21,853 bases of DNA. It comes from Gemmatimonadales bacterium. GTDB taxonomy: Bacteria; Gemmatimonadota; Gemmatimonadetes; Gemmatimonadales; GWC2-71-9. A program made the position numbers and the translations under genes. Location: the NCBI GenBank assembly GCA_041613315.1, contig JBFJHJ010000042.1, positions 1 to 21,853 on the forward strand. Reading direction: 5' to 3'. The notes under the pieces were generated by a model, which was given only the letters and a program-made list of their open reading frames with translations, was not told the DNA's origin and did no database searches. This document shows positions 15,869-21,853 of this stretch, piece after piece; position 1 is the stretch's first letter; the number at the start of each line of letters is the position of its first letter.

Positions 15869-16239
15869 GCGAGCCGACCAGCGCGGAGCCGTTCGATCAC
15901 GAGCGAGCGTTGGCGCAGGTGCGCCGCGAGTTCGTGGGCGGGCTCGGCGCCCGCCTCGTGTCCATACGCGTGGCGCTGGACCGGCTCGCCCGAGAGTTCG
16001 CCCCGCGCCACGCGGAGGCGTTCTACCTGCCGGTCCATTCGCTGAAAGGCACCGCGGCCGCGTTCGGCGCGACCGAGCTGGTGCCGCATGCGACGCGCCT
16101 GGCCGATCTCGGCCGGGTGTGGAGAGAGAGCGGCGCCGCCCCGCCGGCGACCGACGTCGCGAGCGCCCGCCGCGAGCTCGAGCTGTTGGAGACCGCGGTC
16201 CAGCACTACGTCGACCGCCTCCCGGATGGCGGCTCGTGA
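15865..16239 (+). CDS. Stand-alone HPt (histidine phosphotransfer) protein
   Basis: VHSLKGTAAAFG HPt motif; ATGA overlap with the preceding gene. Confidence 0.9.
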   Translation: MSEPTSAEPFDHERALAQVRREFVGGLGARLVSIRVALDRLAREFAPRHAEAFYLPVHSLKGTAAAFGATELVPHATRLADLGRVWRESGAAPPATDVASARRELELLETAVQHYVDRLPDGGS

Positions 16240-17885
16240 GCAAACCGGCCCGGAAGGCCAGCCCTTCGGCGGCGCACCGCCTGGAGTTGGTGGGCGAGCT
16301 CGCCTCGCTCATCAACTCGACGTTCGACCTGGACGAGATCTTTCAGGAGGCGATCCTCAAGCTGCGCGGCGTGATGGAATTCCGCCGGGCGAGCGTCGCG
16401 CTGGTCACCGACGACCGGGCCTCCTATTACCTGCACACGTTGTACGACGCCGCCCGTGAGGGCTTCATCGAGCGGAGCGGCTCCTACCCCATCGGAGCCG
16501 GGCTCACCGGCAAGGCGATCAACACCGGTACGCCGATCCGGGTGGACGACTTCCACGGCACCGAGGGCATCCGGCTCAAGGGCGAGCGGCGCGTCTCCAT
16601 TCTCATCATCCCGCTCCGGGTGGACGGCGAGGTGATCGGCACGCTCAACCTCGGGGCCGAGGCGACGGCGCCGTACGGAGATGACGACCTCGAGCTGGCG
16701 GTCCTGCTGGGCCGGCAGATCGAGACCTCGCTGCACTACTCCAAGCTCCTCGCCACCATCGAGCAGCAGCGCTCCCGACTCGAGGCGGAGCACGCGCAGG
16801 TGCAATCGGAGCGGAGCCGCCTGGTAGCCCTGATCGACGCCAGCGAGGCCGCCGTGTTGATGGTGAGTCACGGGAGGGTGGCGCACACGAACCGGGGGTT
16901 CGCCCGGCTCATCGGCCGGCCCCGCGAAGTCCTCCTGGGCTCGCCGATCGAGCCGGTGCATGAGGCGTTGGCGGGAGCGTTCGCCGACCCGGCGATGCTC
17001 ACCCCTCAGGTCGCGGCACTAGCCGGCGGCGAGGCGCTGCACGACCGCGTGCAGTTCACGTTCCCCGAGCGCGTCATCTGTGAGCGGACCGTGGCGCCCG
17101 TGCTCGACCGGACCGACCGCGTCCTCGGCCATGTCCTGATCTATCGGGACGTGACGCGTGAGGCCGAAGCGGCGGCCGCGAAGGACGAGTTCGTCTCCAT
17201 CGTGAGCCACGAGCTCCGGACCCCCCTCACCTCCATCAAGACATCGCTCGACCTCCTCAGTCGCGGAGCCGCTGGGGAGCTGCCGGCGGCGATGGCCGAC
17301 CTCGCGGACATCGCGCTCCGGAACCTCGACCGGCTCATCCGGCTGGTGGACGACCTCCTCGACCTCTCTCGGATCCAGAGCGGGCGTGTGGTCACCGAGC
17401 TCCACCCGGTCTCCGCGACGGAAGCCGCCGCCCGGGCCCACGAGGCGGTGCGGGCGTTCGCGGAGGACCGGGGCGTGCGGCTGGAAACGACCTTCCGCCA
17501 GCGACCGATCACGGTGATGGGGGACGCCGACCGACTCGAGCAGGTCTTCGTGAACCTGCTAGCCAACGCGGTCAAGTTCTCTCCCCGCGGGACGCGTGTG
17601 TGTCTCAGCGGGTGGATCGACGGCGACTCGGCGCTGTTCGAGGTGACCGACGAAGGGCCGGGGATTCCGGCGGACCAACTCGAGACGATCTTCGAGCGGT
17701 TCCGGCAGCTCGAGACCGCGACCACCCGTAGTCACGGCGGGGCGGGGCTCGGGCTCGCGATCAGCCGCGGCATCGTGCAGCACGTGGGCGGCCGCCTGTG
17801 GGCCGAGAGCGAAGAGGGGGCCGGGTCGCGGTTCTACGTGCGGCTCCCGCTCGCGGCTGCGGAGCAGGAAGGGAAACAGGCGTAG
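16236..17885 (+). CDS. Cytoplasmic GAF-PAS histidine kinase
   Basis: GTGA overlap gives GTG start 16236. GAF (IIPLRVDGEVIGTLNL), PAS-like segment, SHELRTPL H-box, NLLANAVKF, DEGPGI and GAGLGL; no transmembrane helices. Confidence 0.93.
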   Translation: MSKPARKASPSAAHRLELVGELASLINSTFDLDEIFQEAILKLRGVMEFRRASVALVTDDRASYYLHTLYDAAREGFIERSGSYPIGAGLTGKAINTGTPIRVDDFHGTEGIRLKGERRVSILIIPLRVDGEVIGTLNLGAEATAPYGDDDLELAVLLGRQIETSLHYSKLLATIEQQRSRLEAEHAQVQSERSRLVALIDASEAAVLMVSHGRVAHTNRGFARLIGRPREVLLGSPIEPVHEALAGAFADPAMLTPQVAALAGGEALHDRVQFTFPERVICERTVAPVLDRTDRVLGHVLIYRDVTREAEAAAAKDEFVSIVSHELRTPLTSIKTSLDLLSRGAAGELPAAMADLADIALRNLDRLIRLVDDLLDLSRIQSGRVVTELHPVSATEAAARAHEAVRAFAEDRGVRLETTFRQRPITVMGDADRLEQVFVNLLANAVKFSPRGTRVCLSGWIDGDSALFEVTDEGPGIPADQLETIFERFRQLETATTRSHGGAGLGLAISRGIVQHVGGRLWAESEEGAGSRFYVRLPLAAAEQEGKQA

Positions 17886-17936
17886 CCGCGTCCGTTCCCG
17901 CCAAGAAGGGCGGCGCCCGACCCGGGAGGCGAACAC

Positions 17937-18359
17937 ATGGACATCTTGGAGAGACGTCCTCGGGCGGTACGCTTCGTGGACTTCACGCTCGAAAAACTCG
18001 AGGGCGGGCGGTGCCGCGCGCGCGTCGAGCTGGACCGGCAGCTCAACCCCGCGCTCCGGCAGCGCTACATCGGGACGGCGGAAGACGCGGCCTCCGCGGC
18101 AGGGACGATCAAGTGCTCCGCGCTCGCCGCCCTCGAGGCGCTCCGCCGCGTCGTGGGTGCGGCGGAGGAGGACCTCACGCTCGAGGACCTCAAGGCGGTC
18201 AAAGTGTTCGATGAGTCGGCGGTGATCGTGGCCCTTCGCGCGCGCCACAAGACGCAGGCCAGGCGGCTCGTGGGGTTCTGTCTGGTGGAGGAGAACGCGG
18301 CGCAGGCGGCGGCGCTGGCGGTGCTCAACGCGACGAACCGGTTCCTCGGGACCGGATGA
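17937..18359 (+). CDS. Conserved-looking hypothetical protein, possibly resembling the LeuA allosteric domain
   Basis: GGAGG ribosome-binding site; two beta-beta-beta-alpha units ending AALEAL and AVLNATNR; fold resemblance judged by eye only. Confidence 0.75.
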   Translation: MDILERRPRAVRFVDFTLEKLEGGRCRARVELDRQLNPALRQRYIGTAEDAASAAGTIKCSALAALEALRRVVGAAEEDLTLEDLKAVKVFDESAVIVALRARHKTQARRLVGFCLVEENAAQAAALAVLNATNRFLGTG

Positions 18360-18442
18360 GAGTCCCGGCCGCGGCAGTGCGCAGCGATCCTGCAGTCGAG
18401 TGCGCAGCCGAGATCACACCTATCTGGTTGTGACGTAGATTC

Positions 18443-18471
18443 TTGCGCAGGCCCTCCGGGCCGCATATGGT
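18443..18471 (+). promoter_or_regulatory. Candidate sigma70-type promoter
   Basis: TTGCGC-N17-TATGGT, about 80 nt upstream of ATG 18550. Confidence 0.45.
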
Positions 18472-18549
18472 GTCACGCCTCCCGGGCCCTGGTCGTCCGG
18501 GACCAAGAGGGGATCGGGCACTCACACGGAACGGGAGGGGACTGCGCCC

Positions 18550-18918
18550 ATGAATGGTCGCTCGAATTGGCGTCGGACGCTCGTCCGCTACCTGCCGCTG
18601 ATCACGGCCTCAGCCGGCGTCGTGATCGTGTACGTCAGCTCGTTGTACGAAGACCGTCTCACCGCCCTTTTCATCATCACGGCGGGCCTCGTCAGCTTGC
18701 TGGCGAGCATCTGGTACGCGGCGAACCCCTTTCTCAAGACCGAGCGCCGTTTCTTCGCGCTGCGCGAAGAGGTGGCCCAGTTCATCAACCTCGTGCGCGA
18801 GCTGAATCAGGGCGCGATCGCCGGCGCGCGAGACGCCACCGAGCGGGCCAAGGCGGAGATGCATCGGTCGGTTGACCGGATGGGCTCGCTTGCGGGGAAG
18901 GAGGGGCCCGCGGATTAG
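18550..18918 (+). CDS. Hypothetical two-TM membrane protein (paralog A)
   Basis: GGAGG ribosome-binding site; two hydrophobic segments, then IWYAANP...ERR..ALR.EV...EMHRSVDRM. Confidence 0.85.
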   Translation: MNGRSNWRRTLVRYLPLITASAGVVIVYVSSLYEDRLTALFIITAGLVSLLASIWYAANPFLKTERRFFALREEVAQFINLVRELNQGAIAGARDATERAKAEMHRSVDRMGSLAGKEGPAD

Positions 18919-18973
18919 GCGGCCCCCCGAGCGATCCGCGGCGACGACGGCGTGGGAACGCCCGTTCAGGTGA

Positions 18974-19046
<73 letters not shown>

Positions 19047-19247
19047 GGAAGCGGAGAAGTATACAGCGGTAAGGCCGTCAGCTGCACCTCCCGGCGCGTG
19101 CGACTTCAACTCGCGCTTCGCGCTGGCATTCTGCAACACCCACCTGCACTCGTCAATCACGGCCGTCGCGGATGGGGTGCGTCGCGGCACGCTCGCGATC
19201 CGCCGACTGCCTGCCGTGGCTGCGCCTTGCCGTGGCACCACGGGTCA

Positions 19248-19263
19248 CGGCACGGAGCTTGCT
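19248..19263 (+). promoter_or_regulatory. sigma54 -24/-12 promoter upstream of the pilin
   Basis: CGGCACGGAGCTTGCT, one mismatch to TGGCACG-N4-TTGCT. Confidence 0.8.
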
Positions 19264-19304
19264 AATGTGGGGGCGCTCGCAGACATGTGGAGATGGTCGG
19301 GGCT

Positions 19305-19868
19305 ATGAGCACCGCTGCCGTGCTGGCGCCCTCGCCGGGCGACGCGCATCACCACCTGCCGGCGCCCATCGCAGGGCGGGGGGCGGTGGCGCGCGCGCAT
19401 GCTCGGGTGATGAGCACTACGGGGTTCAGCCTGGTCGAGCTCGTGGTGGCGATCATCGTCCTCGGCATCCTCGCCGCGATCTCGGTAAAAGTCGCCGACG
19501 GGAGGCGCGCGGCGTACGTGGCGGCCATGATGTCCGACCTGCGGAACCTGGTCACGGAGCAGGAGCACTATCACCAGGACAACGCGCAGTACGCGAACAA
19601 CCTCCAGCAGCTCAAGTGGGACGCGACGCCCGGCGTGACGCTCGTCATCGTCGGCGGACCCGACGGCTGGACGGCACGCGCCCAGCACCCGAACCGCCCG
19701 GACATTCGCTGCGCGGTCTACATCGGTGACGCCAAGCCAATCTTCGACCCGGCCAAGGTCGAAGGGCAGATCGAGTGCGACCCCAAGGGCGGCGGGGGTG
19801 GAGGAGGCGGTGGCGGCGGGGGTGGCGGCGGTGGTGGCGGCAAGGGCAAAGGCAAAGGGCCGGGCTAG
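19305..19868 (+). CDS. Type IV pilin-like protein with poly-Gly/GK tail (start uncertain: 19305 or 19410)
   Basis: Class III signal G|FSLVELVVAIIVLGILAAI; MMSDLRNLVTEQE helix; C-terminal Cys pair (RCAVYIG...IEC). Confidence 0.9.
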   Translation: MSTAAVLAPSPGDAHHHLPAPIAGRGAVARAHARVMSTTGFSLVELVVAIIVLGILAAISVKVADGRRAAYVAAMMSDLRNLVTEQEHYHQDNAQYANNLQQLKWDATPGVTLVIVGGPDGWTARAQHPNRPDIRCAVYIGDAKPIFDPAKVEGQIECDPKGGGGGGGGGGGGGGGGGGKGKGKGPG

Positions 19869-19903
19869 TCGACACGTACATCCGAGCAGCGCCTGGAGGA
19901 GCG

Positions 19904-20338
19904 ATGGCGGTGAACACGCAGCTACCCGAGCATCAGTCGCACCCAGCGGAAGCACAGCCCGCCAAAGCGGCCCGCGAGCGGCGCCGCGTGGTTCTGTACG
20001 TCCCACTCGCCTCCGCCATCTTCGGCATGGTCCTCGTCTTCGCCGCGGTCGTCGCGCTGACGAACGACTACGCGAAGATCGCGGTGGCGTCAGTCGGCCT
20101 CCTCGCCTTCCTCGCGGGCATCTGGTACGCGGCGCACCCTTACTTCGCCAACGAGCGCCGAAACTGGGCGCTTCGGGCCGAGGTGTCGGCGTTCATGAAG
20201 CTGGTACGAGCGCTCCACCGATCGAGGCACGACCCGGACGCTGCGGCCACGATCGAGCGGCTTCGCTCGGAGATGCACGCGTCCGTGGACCGCATGGCCG
20301 ACCTCTCCAAGATCAGGACCGACCAAGCTGCAGTCTGA
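19904..20338 (+). CDS. Hypothetical two-TM membrane protein (paralog B)
   Basis: GGAGGAG before ATG 19904; IWYAAHP...ERR..ALRAEV...EMHASVDRM matches 18550-18918. Confidence 0.85.
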   Translation: MAVNTQLPEHQSHPAEAQPAKAARERRRVVLYVPLASAIFGMVLVFAAVVALTNDYAKIAVASVGLLAFLAGIWYAAHPYFANERRNWALRAEVSAFMKLVRALHRSRHDPDAAATIERLRSEMHASVDRMADLSKIRTDQAAV

Positions 20339-20371
20339 GCCGATCGTCGGGGCGTCCGCGCCCGCGGGCGT

Positions 20372-20818
20372 TCAGTCGTAGCGCTGCAGCTCGGGCGCGT
20401 CCGGATACCGCTCCCTCACCGTCCGGATCACCCGTCTCGCCTTGGCCGGATCGCGCTTGATCGCCCGGTAGATCTCTTCCAGGCGGATCGCCGCGTTGAT
20501 GTCCACCTGCCGCGTGGTGGGGCGCTCGAGGTGCCGCTCCAGCAGTTGGATCGTCTCGTCGAGCGTCGGCCGCACGTTGGGCGGCGGCCCCAACCCGTCG
20601 CCGGCGAGCGTACGGGTGGTCCACGCCTCGAGCGGCGCGAAGACGTGGGCGACGAGCAGGTCCCACGCCCACCACACGGCGCCGAACGCCGCGGCGGCAG
20701 CGAGCCAGCGCGGGTCGCGCGCAAGGAGCAACCCGATCAACGTGAAACCGACCGTGGCCGTTCCGAAGATCGCCCGCACGACCCGGCCGGCACCGATGGG
20801 AAGGGGCTGTGGCGGCAC
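20372..20818 (-). CDS. Hypothetical membrane protein with helical C-terminal domain
   Basis: The C-terminal third of track ORF 20372..21739 is protein-like (two hydrophobic segments, AAIRLEEIYR...ERYPD). The GTG start at 20818 is an estimate. Confidence 0.7.
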   Translation of the reverse strand: MPPQPLPIGAGRVVRAIFGTATVGFTLIGLLLARDPRWLAAAAAFGAVWWAWDLLVAHVFAPLEAWTTRTLAGDGLGPPPNVRPTLDETIQLLERHLERPTTRQVDINAAIRLEEIYRAIKRDPAKARRVIRTVRERYPDAPELQRYD

Positions 20819-20866
20819 GCGTCTATCCAGTTGACGGGGGACCGTTTGGCGCTGACAGTTCAAGGT

Positions 20867-21607
20867 ATGCCTAGAAGCGGATCGGCGCGTTCGCAAGAGG
20901 CCGTGCTCGAGGGCCGGCGCATCGTCGTGACCCGGCCCGAGCCCGACGCCGGGCGGCTCGCCGCGCGATTGCGAGCGGCGGGGGCGACGCCCGTCCTCGC
21001 TCCGGCCATTCGCATCGCATTCACGGACCCGCCGGAGCTGGACGCCGCGCTCTCCCGAATCGCAACGTTCGACTGGGTCGTGTTCACCAGCAAAAACGGC
21101 GTGGAGGCGGTCTTCCGCCGCACGCGCCGCCTCGACGGCCCGCGCATCGCCGCGATCGGCCCCGCGACGGCCGCCGCGCTGGCGGCGCATGGCGTGACGG
21201 TCGACCTGGTCCCCGCCGAGTACGTGGCGGAGGCCGTCCTCGAGGCGTTGGGCGACGTGGCGGGCCGTCAGATCCTGCTCCCCCGCGCCGACATCGCCCG
21301 GCGCGCCCTGGCCGACGGTCTGCGCGCCCGCGGGGCCACGGTGGTGGAGATCGCGGCGTACCGCACCCACCCCGTCGCCGGCGAGCGTCCGGATCTGGCA
21401 GCGGTCGACGCTGTTACCTTTACCAGTTCTTCGACCGTCCGTGCGTTCCTGGACGAGGGACCGCTGCCGGCGAGCGCCAGAGTGGTGTGCATCGGTCCCA
21501 TCACGGCGCGCACCGCGCGAGCGCTCGGCGTGCCGGTGAGCGAGGTCGCGGACGAATACACGGAGGACGGCCTGATCGCCGCGCTCGTGGCGGCGTTCAG
21601 CCGGTGA
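20867..21607 (+). CDS. hemD: Uroporphyrinogen-III synthase
   Basis: RIVVTRP, DWVVFTSKNGV, AAIGPATA, FTSSSTV and CIGPITA motifs. Confidence 0.95.
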   Translation: MPRSGSARSQEAVLEGRRIVVTRPEPDAGRLAARLRAAGATPVLAPAIRIAFTDPPELDAALSRIATFDWVVFTSKNGVEAVFRRTRRLDGPRIAAIGPATAAALAAHGVTVDLVPAEYVAEAVLEALGDVAGRQILLPRADIARRALADGLRARGATVVEIAAYRTHPVAGERPDLAAVDAVTFTSSSTVRAFLDEGPLPASARVVCIGPITARTARALGVPVSEVADEYTEDGLIAALVAAFSR

Positions 21608-21626
21608 CGGTGAGAGAACGACGCGT

Positions 21627-21853
21627 ATGCCCAGCGAACGGCGCCAACTCGTACGGTATCTCTTCCTGAGACTCGAGCCCGAGTGGCGGCGCCTGAACGC
21701 CGCCGAGCAGGCCGAGCAGAAAGAAGAGTTCGGCCTCACCGTGATGCGGTTTCACGGCCGGCTGCTCCTGCGGTGCTACAGCTTGATGGGCACCCGCGGC
21801 GACTGTGACCTCATGTTCTGGCAGGTCGCGGAGAACCTGGAAACGCTCCAGGC
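21627..21853 (+). CDS. Chlorite dismutase family protein, probably coproheme decarboxylase (HemQ/ChdC), partial
   Basis: Hand translation MPSERRQLVRYLFLRLEPEWRRL...YSLMGTRGDCDLMFW; WRRL and YSLxGxRxDxDLMFW motifs; adjacent to hemD. Confidence 0.82.
   Translation, partial: MPSERRQLVRYLFLRLEPEWRRLNAAEQAEQKEEFGLTVMRFHGRLLLRCYSLMGTRGDCDLMFWQVAENLETLQ

Noticed and set aside
18414..18433. TCACA-N10-TGTGA as a CRP/FNR site
   Set aside because: Half-site order and spacing differ from TGTGA-N6-TCACA, and it occurs only once.
20819..21739. Long N-terminal part of minus-strand ORF 20372..21739
   Set aside because: It is antisense to hemD, Arg-rich and without motifs, typical of a high-GC shadow frame.

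Overview
This is a high-GC bacterial window; the pilin style and conserved hypothetical proteins suggest Gemmatimonadota, which is inference only. Bases 1-15404 hold a minus-strand cluster of four secreted DUF11/Ig-like proteins: a ~1097-aa beta-helix adhesin, a ~238-aa single DUF11 protein with an N-terminal zinc ribbon, a ~411-aa shaft-like protein and a 1988-aa OmpA/giant beta-barrel protein. The cluster also carries a PAS protein, a zinc-ribbon microprotein, a receiver protein, a PAS histidine kinase and an NtrC-family sigma54 activator. Four intergenic regions repeat the same three-part promoter: a GTTACCG-based enhancer, an IHF-like dyad and a sigma54 -24/-12 element. The most striking signal is that DUF11 domains appear split between proteins. 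Two proteins begin with the terminal Asn-bearing strands of a DUF11 domain, and three end with a DUF11 domain lacking those strands. This suggests a donor-hairpin, possibly isopeptide-linked fibre (barrel anchor, polymerising shaft, tip adhesin, non-catalytic chaperone). A divergent REC-HPt-GAF/PAS kinase operon follows, then two paralogous membrane proteins flanking tRNA-Phe and a sigma54-driven type IV pilin with a Gly18 tail, then hemD and a partial chlorite dismutase/HemQ-family gene. Family assignments come from motif recognition by eye; no searches were run.
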